Shown: positions 1-10,188 of the stretch, one piece after another | Layout of the letters: each line of letters starts with the position of its first letter | How positions within the stretch are numbered: the first letter of the stretch is position 1 | Assembly: GCA_963705305.1 (NCBI GenBank) | Contig: OY970067.1 | Span: 4,928,001-4,992,000 of the forward strand | Length of the DNA stretch: 64,000 bases | Origin: an uncultured Methylomirabilota bacterium | GTDB lineage: Bacteria; Methylomirabilota; Methylomirabilia; Methylomirabilales; 2-02-FULL-66-22 | Direction: 5' to 3' | Notes under the pieces: generated by a model | What the model was told of the DNA's origin: nothing | Databases searched by the model: none | What the model saw: only the letters and a program-made list of their open reading frames with translations | Made by a program: the position numbers and the translations under genes

Positions 1-318
1 GAAGTGGCGCAGGCAGTGCGAGAGGCGGCCGCGGGACGGCGATATCTGGGTCAGCCACTGTCGGCGCGTGCGATCGAGGCCTATGCCGAGAAGGCCCAGG
101 CCGCCCCCCTGGACCTCTACGAGACGCTCACGACCCGGGAGCGGGAGATTCTGCAGTTAGCCGCGGAGGGCTTTAGCAGCACCGAAATGGCCGCCAGACT
201 CGGCATCAGTCCCCGGACAGCGGACACCCACCGGGCCAACATCATGCGAAAGCTCGGTCTTCAAGGCCAAACTGACTTGGTTCGCTACGCCTTGCGGCGG
301 GGGATCTTGCCCCCGTAG
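1..318 (+). CDS. NarL/LuxR-family response regulator, C-terminal part (5' truncated by window)
   Basis: LTTREREILQLAAEGFSSTEMAARLGISPRTADTHRANIMRKL is a LuxR HTH. Confidence 0.9.
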   Translation, partial: EVAQAVREAAAGRRYLGQPLSARAIEAYAEKAQAAPLDLYETLTTREREILQLAAEGFSSTEMAARLGISPRTADTHRANIMRKLGLQGQTDLVRYALRRGILPP

Positions 319-642
319 GACCGGGCCAGAGAACGAACCGAACATCCCGAAAGGGACTGTCTTCCATCTGGTCGTTCGCTTGCCTGATGTCACCTGCCTC
401 CCCCTTATCCGCAGTTAGTTCTGCCCCGAAAATTTTCGCTTCCAGCGCACGTGATCCTAGAGAGCGGCGTTCCCGTGGGCGAAGTAGGAATGCCTGGGCC
501 ATGCCTGCCAAAAATGCGAAAAGTTTGCGCGAGAAATACGTTGATCTACGGATGGACAAGCCGGATGGAAAGGAGCACATTGCGTGTCACAGACACCCAA
601 AGTCCTTATCCAACACAAGGCAATCAGGGTCGCGGAGGGTAA

Positions 643-1062
643 TTGGCCCAAATCTCAGTCCTCCTGGTGGACGATAACCCTGGCTTCCTCCGCACCCTGG
701 CCAGCTTTCTGGAGAGGTCTGCCCAGGGTGAGCTCGTTATCGCCGGCACCGCCCTGGGGGGGAAGGAAGCCCTGACAAAAGTCCAAAGCCTCCGGCCGCA
801 GGTCATCCTCATTGATCTCGCCATGCCGGATCTCCATGGCTTGGAAGCCATTCCCCAGTTGCGAAGCATGCTGCCCGATGCGGGAATCGTTGCTCTAACC
901 TTCCTTGATTCAGAATGTTACCGGCAGGCGGCTCTAGAAGCGGGCGCGAACGACTTCGTCTCGAAGACCAGATTGGATACCGAGCTCCTGCCGGCCATCT
1001 GGAAGCTCGGAGAGGGTAGCCGCCCCCGGCAAGGGCGGCGGAACGATCCTGGACCGGCATAG
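643..1062 (+). CDS. Single-domain response regulator (REC only, NarL-like)
   Basis: VLLVDD, ILIDLAMP, T and FVSK receiver motifs; GGAGGG before TTG start. Confidence 0.85.
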   Translation: MAQISVLLVDDNPGFLRTLASFLERSAQGELVIAGTALGGKEALTKVQSLRPQVILIDLAMPDLHGLEAIPQLRSMLPDAGIVALTFLDSECYRQAALEAGANDFVSKTRLDTELLPAIWKLGEGSRPRQGRRNDPGPA

Positions 1063-1303
1063 CTCTAATCGACAACAACCTTCGATGCCCCTGTCTCGCC
1101 TTGGGGCTTTGGCGGAGGATGATGTCGGATGAGCGTAGATGTGAGGGCGGGGGCGAAGATGGGTGCGCAAATCTTGGAAGGTTCTGGGGCGGGGGGAGCC
1201 TTCCGGACGCTGACAGCACCATTTGACCGGGAGCGTGAACGAACAACTCGGCGCTAGGGTAAGCGCAGGCTGGCACACCCTCCTACGAGAGAGGGAGCAG
1301 AAG

Positions 1304-1582
1304 ATGGCGACCATTGTTGAGTACACCGACCAGAAGCCTCCTACGAACCAGTACCCGGCTCGCATCATCTCCCCCCTGCGCTCGGGCCCGTGCTGCTTCA
1401 CCAAGATGGAGGAAATCGGGACCCCCGAGCAGGACTGTCGTTGGCTTTTCCAGTACAGGCGCTGCAAGGAGTGTGGGTTTGCGGTGCGGGTGATCGTGCG
1501 GGAGCTTCCGGATGAGGCCCTGGCGGCCGAGCTGAGGAAGACTCTTGAGACTGCCTTCACCCGCAACGATCCGGATTTCTAA
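1304..1582 (+). CDS. Small Cys-containing protein, possible zinc ribbon (92 aa)
   Basis: GAGGGAG RBS and ATG at 1304; GPCC and RRCKECG motifs. Confidence 0.7.
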   Translation: MATIVEYTDQKPPTNQYPARIISPLRSGPCCFTKMEEIGTPEQDCRWLFQYRRCKECGFAVRVIVRELPDEALAAELRKTLETAFTRNDPDF

Positions 1583-2386
1583 GACTCATCGTCTGCTGCC
1601 GTGTCGCACACAAGGGGCGCTCCTGGCGTCGGCCTTTGCGCAGTTCGATGAGAATCACCGCCAGCCCGATGCGAGCGAACCGACGTTGTTGCACAGGGGC
1701 CAGGCGCGAACGGTTGCCTCTAGCAGGCCAAATGGGACACCAACCTGGTCTCTGTCATCCGGCGACTCGGCGAGGGCACCGCTCTCTGGCCAGGGCGACC
1801 GAAGGCTCCTGAGCCGGGGTAGCCCAGAACCGGGGACAACCGTCGGGGCCGCTGGCTGGTCTCGGCACCTTAATGGGGGAGGATGCCGGACGAGGAGAGG
1901 GGGGACGGCGCAGCGGCAAGGGGGTGAGCGCATCCTGGAAGACTCTCGAGGGGCTTTCCGGGGGGCTCGCATCGCCAGAGGAGCCCCTCGCACGTGCGAG
2001 ACCATTGGGGAATTGCTCCAGGCGAGGACATCTCGGACCGAGGGACGCCATACGCAAAGGGGCGTTCCGGAGGGGCCAAAGGGGCGATCTCGTTTCTACC
2101 ACGGAGAATATGCAGGATAGAATCAACGGGAATGGACCAGGGGGCAAGCCCCGGGCCCCCGTTCCGCGGCGAGCCGCGGGGTATCGACCCTCATCGAATC
2201 AAGGCCTTTCGGATGCCGGCCTTCTGTCTTGGGTGGAGGGGTGACGTCGGAATGGGGGATGCAGTCAAGAGCTCGCAGGGGACGGGTGCGGCCTCGCGGA
2301 GCCCGCGTCCCCGTCTCGGCGCCGGGGGGGTCGGTGAAATCGCCCCCCAGGAAGGGTGTGCCGCGCGGAACCAAACGGAGGATGCC

Positions 2387-2803
2387 ATGAGGGATTGCGG
2401 AGGGGATCCCCAACGTCTCTTAGTCATCGATGATGACCCCGGATGCCGATGTACCTTCGGTTGCCTGCTCCGGAAGCTCGGACACACCGTGGAGGAGGCA
2501 GAGAGTGGTTCGGTGGGTCTCGCGATGCTTCGGCAGATTCCGGTGGACCTAGTCCTCACGGATCTCAACATGCCGGGACTCACCGGGTGGGAGGTGGCCC
2601 GTCTCGCGAAAGCCATGCACCCGGGCCTACCGGTGATCCTCATGACCGGGGGCGCGGCCACAATTCCCCCCGACAAACCCGAGCGCACCTGGGTAGACGC
2701 GATCCTCGCGAAACCCTGCGGGGTGGCGGAGATGCAGCGGGCGATTGGCCGGCTGACGCGGGACCTCGCCGACGCCGTGGTCCCGGCGGCCTCGGGAGTG
2801 TGA
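2387..2803 (+). CDS. Single-domain response regulator (CheY-like REC)
   Basis: GGAGG RBS; LLVIDDD, VLTDLNMP, ILMTG, LAKP motifs. Confidence 0.85.
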   Translation: MRDCGGDPQRLLVIDDDPGCRCTFGCLLRKLGHTVEEAESGSVGLAMLRQIPVDLVLTDLNMPGLTGWEVARLAKAMHPGLPVILMTGGAATIPPDKPERTWVDAILAKPCGVAEMQRAIGRLTRDLADAVVPAASGV

Positions 2804-3326
2804 GACCCGGGACGGAGCTGGGGCTCCATGACCCCAGTGGTGCGGCTTTCGTGCCTCCTAGGAGCCACGGGAGACACACGATCTGCCCTGAACATGCACG
2901 GCTCCCCAAAGCGCGCGAGCGCTCCCCGAGGGGGCAGGCACCCGTCGTATCGGAGAGGGCCCAGTCCATGGCCACGAACCTCGATTACAGGGATCGGAAC
3001 AGCCCCCAGGACCTGTATCCAAGGCGAATCACCTCCCCCGGTCGTCCCCAGCGTCGCTGCCATTCGGCTGGATGTGACCCGACGTAGAGGGCGGAAACGC
3101 GGAGGGCAGTGCGCAGCGGGACAGAACCCCGGCCGGCACTCGCCACCCAGACGACCGCCGCGCCGAGGCGTTTCAAGGTCCACCGATTCTGATGACGGAC
3201 CAATGGGCGCAGGCAATCAGCCTTGGGGAGCTTTCTTGGAGGGCAGGACTTCGTGGCCTCTGCCACCGGCAGAAGCCGGGACCTCTGAGGGTGGGCAAGC
3301 GACGCTGAAGAAAAAAGAGGCATGCC

Positions 3327-3665
3327 ATGGGGAGCATCCGCGGTTTTCGGTGCGAGTGGTGTCACGCCGAGGTGCTGGCGACCTCAACACGGGCGGGGAT
3401 CGGTCGCCCAGACTGGACACCGCCGGTCCTCTGCTGCGGCCAGCCTCTTCGCCCGCTGGAGACCGGGCACCTGCTGGCCGGATGGGTACCCCCGCGGCGT
3501 CTGGCCCGGTGCGTCCGGTGTGGACTCGAGTTGTACATCATCGTGCACCCCGTGGAGCCCCTGGTCTGCGCCATCTGCCAAGCCGAGTTTGTGGTCGACG
3601 GTCCGGAGACTGGCGCTCTCCTGTCAGGCCGAGGAATGAGTCCCGGGCGGGCTTCGGGCCGATGA
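3327..3665 (+). CDS. Small Cys-rich protein, putative double zinc ribbon
   Basis: AAAGAGG RBS; CEWC, CCGQPL, CVRC and CAIC motifs. Confidence 0.6.
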   Translation: MGSIRGFRCEWCHAEVLATSTRAGIGRPDWTPPVLCCGQPLRPLETGHLLAGWVPPRRLARCVRCGLELYIIVHPVEPLVCAICQAEFVVDGPETGALLSGRGMSPGRASGR

Positions 3666-4096
3666 TCTCGAGTCGAGAGCGCGCGTGGGCCCAGCTTGAT
3701 CGGAAGCCGCCGGCCCGCGCATTGCCGGAGACTGGAGCCGGCGAGATCCACAAGGCCAAGTGGGTGTGCAGAACGCACAGGAAAGTCCATGGATCCCGAG
3801 CATCGAGGAGTACCGGGAGTCCTGCACGACCTTTCACTTCGCCCAATGCGCTTGGCTCACAGGGGAGGGTGAGACCGGCGGATCGGTCGAGGCCGAGGAG
3901 AAGGTCTCTCGGCCGTGCGGAAAAATAGCTCCCCCGGGGGTGCGGTCACCGACTCTTGGCGATACCCGCCGACGGGCATGGTAGCCACCAGGGAACGCAC
4001 GCTTCCATTGACGTTGACCCATTCCTGCATAGACCCGTCAACCTGTTTCTCTCTTGCGGCAGCCAGGCAGGCTCATCCGCTTTGCGCCAGCCGCCC

Positions 4097-7060
4097 CTAG
4101 CTCTTCCTCTGAGGTTCGCCGCGGTCCCGAATGGCTGCTAACAGCGCATCCACGGATCCACTCTTAGCCAGGTAGGCCACCGCTCCCGCCTCCCGCATAG
4201 CTATGACCTGCGCGCTCTCCTCGTGCACGGAAAGGCCGATCACGCGGACGGTGGGACACGCCGCATGGATGCACTGCGTCGCCTCGATGCCGTTCATCCC
4301 CGGCAGGTCGATGTCGATGGTCACCACGTCCGGTACCAGTTGGCGCGTCAGGGCCACGGCGGTCCGGCCATCCGAAGCCTCACCCACTACTTCGATGTCC
4401 GGCTCTTCTTTGAGGAGCCGAACGAAGCCCTGTCGCACCACGAGGTGGTCGTCCACCACGAGGACCCGGATCCTCCTTTCGCCCCGCCCCGACGGAGCTG
4501 TCCCTGCCCTTTCGACGGCTCCCGATAACTCCTCCGCCCCCACCGGAATGGTCGCGGGTCCGGCTTCGGCCCTCGCATGCCGGGCGGGGATCCATAACGT
4601 GAAGCGGCTGCCCTGGCCGGGGACGCTCTCGATCTCCATCCGCCCCCCGAGCAGTTCCAACCGCTCGTGAATGCTGAAGAGGCCAAAGCCACCCGCGGTG
4701 CCGCCCGCCACCCGGAGCTGCGCCGGGTCGAAGCCCACCCCCGCGTCGGAGACGATGACTTGCACCTGGTCCTCGTGGCGGGTAAGCTCGACCTGGGCGG
4801 TCTCCACCTTTGCATGCTTCACGGCGTTGAGGAGCAGTTCCCGAATGGCCTGGAAGACCAGAGCGGCCGTTTCCTCGGTCTCCACCACGGTTGCCCCGTT
4901 CACCCGTAGAATGACAGCCAGGTTGTGCTTCTCCCCCATCCAGCGGGCCAACCATCCCAGGGCGGAGAGTAGGTTGCCTCGGTGCAGGATGGGCGGACTG
5001 AGTTCCTCGGTGAGCGACCGCGACGCCTGAATGGCCTGGAGGATCAGCTCCGTGGCCTCCTGACAGGTCTGGCGCACCGCAGGGTCGGCCGCTTGCGTTA
5101 GCGGGCCCACGAGCAGCTTCGCCCCCACAAGCAACTGCTGGAGGTCCCCGTGCAGCACCTCGGCCACCCGTCGGCGTTCCCGCTGCTCGGCCAGCGTCAG
5201 CTCCGCGGCCAGGGCCCGCAATTGGTCGTGGCTGTCGCGCAAGGCTGCGCGCGTCCGGACCGCCGTCATGGCGAGGACCAGGGTCTCCGCCAGTTCGCTG
5301 AGGGCCTGGATCTCGGGCGCCTGGAAGGCGTAGGGGTCCGGGGCGTAGATGGTCAGCGCCCCGAGGACCGTCTCCCCCTGGCGCAAGGGCAGCGCGATGG
5401 ATGACCGGTAGCCGCGCGCGAGGGCCTCCGCCCGCCACGGCGCCAGGCGCGGCTCGGTAAGGAAGTTCCCCCCGACCTGCGGCTCACCCCGGCGGATGGC
5501 CGCGCCGGTGGGCCCCTGGCCGCGCTCGGTGTCGGCCCAGCTGATCTGCGCGGCTTCGAGGTAGCCGTCGGCGACTCCCGCGGCAGCGGCCGGGACGACG
5601 CTCTGGCCGGCGTCATCGTGGGCCAGGCCCACCCAGGCCATCCGGTAGCCGCCGACCTCCACGGCGATGCGGCAGATCTCCTGCATCAGGCGCGGCTCGT
5701 CGTCGATGCGGGCGACCGCCTCATTGCAGGCGCTGAGCATGCGCAGGAGCTGGTTGGCCTGCCGGAGGTGGGCCTCGGTCTGTCGCCGCTGCACCGCTTC
5801 GTCTTGGAGGCTCGCCACCGTGTCGCGGAGCTCGGCGGTGCGCTCGCCCACCGTCCGCTCCAGCACGGCGTGGGCGTGCTCCAGGGCGGCCTGGGCCTTC
5901 TTGATCCCAGTGATGTCTGCCCCGGTCGTGATGAAGTAGTCCCCGAGCGGAACGCTGGTAAACCGGAAGTACTTGTCCAAATGGGGAAAGTAGTCCTCGA
6001 AGGACTCCGGCTCGCCGGTGGCCAGGATCTTCTCCACGACCGGCCGGTAGTGCGCGGCCGCGCCGGGGCCGAAGATCTCATCCGTGGTCTTCCCCCGGAT
6101 GGCGTCGAGCGGTTTGCCCCAGGTCGTGAGGGCGGGGGGGTTGGCGTCCACCAGGCGCCAGGTCATGATCCGCCCAGCCGCATCGCGGACGACCTCCCAG
6201 AAATGCACCTCCTCAGCCATGTGCTCAAACAGGGTTCGATACTTCGCCTCGCTCTCCCGCAGCGCCGCCTGGGCGCGCCGCCTTTCGGTGACGTCGTGGA
6301 ACACGATCACGACGCCTGCGATCGCGCCGGCCGCGTCCCGAATCGGGGCCGCGCTGTCTTCGATCAGGATCTCGTGCCCGTCGCGGGTCACGAGCGCGGC
6401 GTCGTTGGCCAACCGGACGGTCGTCCCCTCGCGCCGGACGCGGGCGGCGAGGTCCTCGGCTGGGCGACGGGTGCGCGCGTTGACGATTCGGAAGACCTCG
6501 GGGACCGGCTGCCCTGCCGCCTCGGCCTGGCGCCAGCTAGTCAGCCGCTCGGCCTCGCCGTTCAGGAACGTGACGTCGCCGTGGGGATCGGTCGCGATCA
6601 CCGCGTCGCCGATGCTGGCCAAGGTCACCGCCAGCAGTTGCCGTTGGCGCGCGATCTCGGCCGCCCCGCGGGCCTGTTCCACCTGCACCGCCAGGTCCTG
6701 GGCGTAGGTCGCCGCCCGCTGCCGGGCACGGTGATACTGCTCGGCAATGAGGCTCATGCCCCCGCCCAGGAGAACGAACAGCGTGAGCCCTACGGCATCC
6801 ACCCGGCCCGCAATCATGAACTGCCCCACGGGCGGCAGCACCCAGTAGTCGGCCAGCAGCGCCGACGCCGCTGTGGCCACCAGGCCCGCCCCCCACCCCC
6901 AGAGCGTAGCCGCGAGCATCACCGCGGGGTAGAAGGTGATGTATGACGGGAGGCCGGCGCCGAGGACGCCGGTCAGCCCGAAGCGCACGAGCAGCGCCGC
7001 CCCGCTTACCAGGACAGCAAGCCCGTACCGGGCCATCGGTCGCGTGCTGAAGGGCGTCAT
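4097..7060 (-). CDS. Membrane hybrid sensor histidine kinase (DUF4118-like TM, PAS, PAS, GAF, HisKA_3, HATPase, REC)
   Basis: N-terminal TM helices; SIGDAVIATD PAS; GAF; AEVLHGDLQQ H-box; NAVKHA/DAGVGF/GFGL ATPase boxes; C-terminal receiver. Confidence 0.92.
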   Translation of the reverse strand: MTPFSTRPMARYGLAVLVSGAALLVRFGLTGVLGAGLPSYITFYPAVMLAATLWGWGAGLVATAASALLADYWVLPPVGQFMIAGRVDAVGLTLFVLLGGGMSLIAEQYHRARQRAATYAQDLAVQVEQARGAAEIARQRQLLAVTLASIGDAVIATDPHGDVTFLNGEAERLTSWRQAEAAGQPVPEVFRIVNARTRRPAEDLAARVRREGTTVRLANDAALVTRDGHEILIEDSAAPIRDAAGAIAGVVIVFHDVTERRRAQAALRESEAKYRTLFEHMAEEVHFWEVVRDAAGRIMTWRLVDANPPALTTWGKPLDAIRGKTTDEIFGPGAAAHYRPVVEKILATGEPESFEDYFPHLDKYFRFTSVPLGDYFITTGADITGIKKAQAALEHAHAVLERTVGERTAELRDTVASLQDEAVQRRQTEAHLRQANQLLRMLSACNEAVARIDDEPRLMQEICRIAVEVGGYRMAWVGLAHDDAGQSVVPAAAAGVADGYLEAAQISWADTERGQGPTGAAIRRGEPQVGGNFLTEPRLAPWRAEALARGYRSSIALPLRQGETVLGALTIYAPDPYAFQAPEIQALSELAETLVLAMTAVRTRAALRDSHDQLRALAAELTLAEQRERRRVAEVLHGDLQQLLVGAKLLVGPLTQAADPAVRQTCQEATELILQAIQASRSLTEELSPPILHRGNLLSALGWLARWMGEKHNLAVILRVNGATVVETEETAALVFQAIRELLLNAVKHAKVETAQVELTRHEDQVQVIVSDAGVGFDPAQLRVAGGTAGGFGLFSIHERLELLGGRMEIESVPGQGSRFTLWIPARHARAEAGPATIPVGAEELSGAVERAGTAPSGRGERRIRVLVVDDHLVVRQGFVRLLKEEPDIEVVGEASDGRTAVALTRQLVPDVVTIDIDLPGMNGIEATQCIHAACPTVRVIGLSVHEESAQVIAMREAGAVAYLAKSGSVDALLAAIRDRGEPQRKS

Positions 7061-7706
7061 GACACGCTCCTGTCTGGGGCCGTCGGGCTCCGGCCGGAGG
7101 CCGGCCCAGCGCCGGACGGGGGCGAGGCGCCGGGCCGGGACCTCCGCGTTGATTGGGAGGAGTGCCTCGGAGACTATCGCCGGCCGATTCCGGCGTCAAG
7201 GTGGGGGCGGAGCGTGGGTGGGAGAGCAGACGACGCAGACTGGGTGGCGTCCATCGACAGGGCGGAGGGAGAGCGGCCGAGACACATCCTGGTCCTGACC
7301 ACCGGTGTTCTGGCAGACCATGGCTAGATCCGGGGATGGTTGGAATCGTGGTGGCCGCGGACGAAAGGAGGATGCTCCTGGCCAGCCGGATGGGGCCCTG
7401 GGGGGGTGAGCGGAACCGCAGTCCCCTCTGAGTCCAGTTGACGGCCCGGAGCTTGCCCTCGCTGCGGCCATCCAGGATGTGTCAGACCCCGATGCGGTGC
7501 CGTGGCCTCGCCGGCGGGGCCGCGCCCGGACCTCCGGTCTGTACCGGCAACAAGAGGTTCGCCCGGGGGCCCAGATCGGTATATACTCTATGCCTAGGGG
7601 AAGCCCTCGCCGGAGGGCAGCGGGGACTCATCCGGCACTGGAACGGGCGATCAGAAGTGTCAGTGGGCCTGCCGCGGCGGCGCGGAGGTCGAAGGGGAGG
7701 CAGCCC

Positions 7707-8627
7707 ATGCGACGGGGGAGTGTCGCGGCATTCGTGGTGACGACGGCGCTCGGCCTCGGCCTGGCCGGGATCGGGTTTGCAGAGCGGGGCGATATGTGGC
7801 ATCCACGGGGTGCCCCGCCGCCCGCGCCCTCTCGGAGCATATCATCGCCCGCCCCTTCAGAGGGTATACCGCCGCTCCCGTCCTCGGGGGATCCCCCGCT
7901 GCCTGCCTGGCATCGGGGCCTCCACAGCCCCCCGGCGGTCCGGGAGCCGGTGATCGTCGGCCCCAGCATTTGGTGGGGGGAGCCCTGGTGGGGGGAGCCG
8001 AATTACTTTGACTATCCCTACGAGGCCCCGCCGGTGCTCGTCCAGGAGGCTCCGCCCGTCTTCCTCGTGCAGGAGGCCCCCGCGCCGCAGGTTTCGTATT
8101 GGTACTACTGCCCGAATCCCCCCGGCTATTACCCCTACGTTCGAACCTGCCCGGCTGGCTGGATGAAGGTCGTCCCGTCCCCCGCGGCCAGCCCGCCGGG
8201 GGCACCGGCCGCGCGGCCCAGCGTCTCGACCTACGAGGGCTCGCTCACCACCCTCATCCTGGCCCATCCCCCGGAGCTGGGGCTGACGCCCGAGCAGCTC
8301 GAGAAACTCCAGGCCTTGCGGGCCAGCTTCGAGCAGGCGGCGGCTCCGCGGGGCGCGGCCATCCAGGCGGCGGAGACCGATCTCCAGACGGAGCTGGCCA
8401 AGGAGCACTGGGATCTGCCCGCGATCGACGCCCTGGTCCGGCAGCTCGCCACCCTGCAGGGGGGGCTCCGCATGGAGCGGCTCAAGACGCTGGCCGCCGC
8501 GCAGGCCCTCCTCACGCCCGAGCAGCTGCAGAAGCTGCAGGCGATCGCGGGGGGGACGGCCCCCGCGGGCGCCCCGGGAGTGCCAGCCCCAAGCGCCCCG
8601 GGCGCACCGCCGCCCCCGCCGCAGTAG
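7707..8627 (+). CDS. Exported Pro-rich protein with C-terminal Spy/CpxP (LTxxQ)-like domain
   Basis: GGAGG RBS, signal peptide, YWYYC..YYPYV..C motif, two LTPEQ motifs. Confidence 0.75.
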   Translation: MRRGSVAAFVVTTALGLGLAGIGFAERGDMWHPRGAPPPAPSRSISSPAPSEGIPPLPSSGDPPLPAWHRGLHSPPAVREPVIVGPSIWWGEPWWGEPNYFDYPYEAPPVLVQEAPPVFLVQEAPAPQVSYWYYCPNPPGYYPYVRTCPAGWMKVVPSPAASPPGAPAARPSVSTYEGSLTTLILAHPPELGLTPEQLEKLQALRASFEQAAAPRGAAIQAAETDLQTELAKEHWDLPAIDALVRQLATLQGGLRMERLKTLAAAQALLTPEQLQKLQAIAGGTAPAGAPGVPAPSAPGAPPPPPQ

Positions 8628-8649
8628 GCCGCGCCTGACCGAAAACGAG

Positions 8650-8668
8650 TTTTTCAGCAGCCTGTTAG
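8650..8668. repeat. Isolated right end of the GCTGCTGAAAAA repeat family
   Basis: TTTTTCAGCAGCCTGTTAG is identical to 43930-43948. Confidence 0.7.
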
Positions 8669-9110
8669 GCCCTCGCGGCCACTCACACCGCTGGGTCTAC
8701 CGGTGAGGATTGCCGCCGGGCCAGCGTCCGCCGCCCGGCTGATACCGTTGCGGGGCCTGGAAGGCCTTTGCTACAGTCATTCGAGCTTCCGGCTTCACTC
8801 CGGCCAGGGGGAGCAGATGTGCGCCTGCCGATCCTGGCGGCCGAGCCGGATTGTGACTCCCATCTTGTCCTGCGAGTTCCCACCGTAGTTCATCCGGTCT
8901 CCTTTTCCGGTTGCGCGGGGGCTGTGTCTTTGTGCATCGGTGTGCAATGTTCTGCCGGCCTTGTCCCTCTATGCTCCCGTCCTTTCAGCCCCATTTTGCA
9001 AGATGCCGCTTGACCTCTCCGTAACGGCGTGCTACAGGAGACGCGCATCTATGAGCGAAGACAGGGTCTTCGCGAATAATCCGGGCTAAGAGGCGGGAGG
9101 AGGATCTCTC

Positions 9111-9938
9111 ATGACCACCGACGACATCATGGAAGTGGCCCTGGATCTGGCGCAGCTCAAGGAGGTTCCGAGCGATTCCGGGGTGCACGTCCCCAGCGAC
9201 AACATCAAGAGGCTTTTTGCCACCATCGACTGCGACGTGGCCGACCTGCTCCTCGCGCGGGAGCTCAAGTGCGACGCGGTATTGACCCACCACCCCGAGG
9301 GGACGGCCTCCCTGAACGGCTGGATGGAGATCCGGCGCCAGATCGAGCAGATGGAGGAGTACGGCGTCCCGGTGACTTGGGCCGAGGCGGCCATCCAGCG
9401 GCGGATGCGGGCGGTGGAAATCGGCAGCCACACCCGGAATTACGGGCGGGTGGTGCAAGCCGCCCAGCTCCTGAAGATGCCCCTGCTGAACGTCCATCTG
9501 CCCTGTGATATTATCACGCGCCGGATGTTGACAGAAAAGATGGGCCCCTTCACCCTCCCCCAGAACAACGCCAAAGTGGCCGACGTTGTGGCCACCCTCC
9601 AGGAGTTTCCCGAGCTGAAGCAGGCCGCCACGCGGCCCAAGGTCTGCCTCGGCGCCCCGGAGCATCTGGCCGGACGGGTGGCCGTTGCCATGGCCGGCTA
9701 CACCAACGGCGGGGTGGATGTCCTCAAGGCCTACTTCGAGGCGGGCATCGGGACCGTCCTCATGATGCACTTCCCCGATGCAGACCTGCGCGAGGCCCGC
9801 GAGCAAAAGCTGGCCGGCAACCTGGTCATCACCGGTCATATGGCCACCGACTCGATCGGCCTGAATATCTTCTTGGACGAGCTGGAGCGCCATGGCTTGA
9901 AGATGGTCCGGGCTGGCGGCATCATCTCCGCCCGCTAA
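9111..9938 (+). CDS. Nif3-like dinuclear metal-centre protein
   Basis: AGGAGG RBS; ID..DLLLA..DAVLTHHP, NVHLPCD and GHMATDSIGLN motifs. Confidence 0.75.
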   Translation: MTTDDIMEVALDLAQLKEVPSDSGVHVPSDNIKRLFATIDCDVADLLLARELKCDAVLTHHPEGTASLNGWMEIRRQIEQMEEYGVPVTWAEAAIQRRMRAVEIGSHTRNYGRVVQAAQLLKMPLLNVHLPCDIITRRMLTEKMGPFTLPQNNAKVADVVATLQEFPELKQAATRPKVCLGAPEHLAGRVAVAMAGYTNGGVDVLKAYFEAGIGTVLMMHFPDADLREAREQKLAGNLVITGHMATDSIGLNIFLDELERHGLKMVRAGGIISAR

Positions 9939-10107
9939 TTCAGCATCTTGCTGGTCCTCCGTCCCCGAAGTTCGCGTGATGATTCGCCGCCCCAACGGCC
10001 ACTCCTCCCGGCCCCGGGACCACATCCACCCGTTTGGGTGGGTATCCGGCGCTGTTCGGCCTGCGTCCGGTCTCCGGCTGGGCACCCGAGACTCCCGCTA
10101 TTCTCCT

Positions 10108-10136
10108 TTGACCTGACGAACCTATTGCGCTAGAGT
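10108..10136 (+). promoter_or_regulatory. sigma70-type promoter candidate
   Basis: TTGACC-17 bp-TAGAGT upstream of the M20 gene. Confidence 0.5.
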
Positions 10137-10188
10137 CTCGCCTCGTCGAGTCCCCGTCCCTCTACTCCCCCTTTGCCTGGAGGACCCT

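Noticed and set aside
7281..7483. 12-bp perfect inverted repeat (GACACATCCTGG / CCAGGATGTGTC) as an invertible switch or old MITE
   Set aside because: About one such match is expected by chance in 64 kb; no TSD, second copy or recombinase.
8943..8958. sigma54 promoter-like GGCA..TTGCA on the minus strand
   Set aside because: GG-to-GC spacing is 9 nt, not the required 10.
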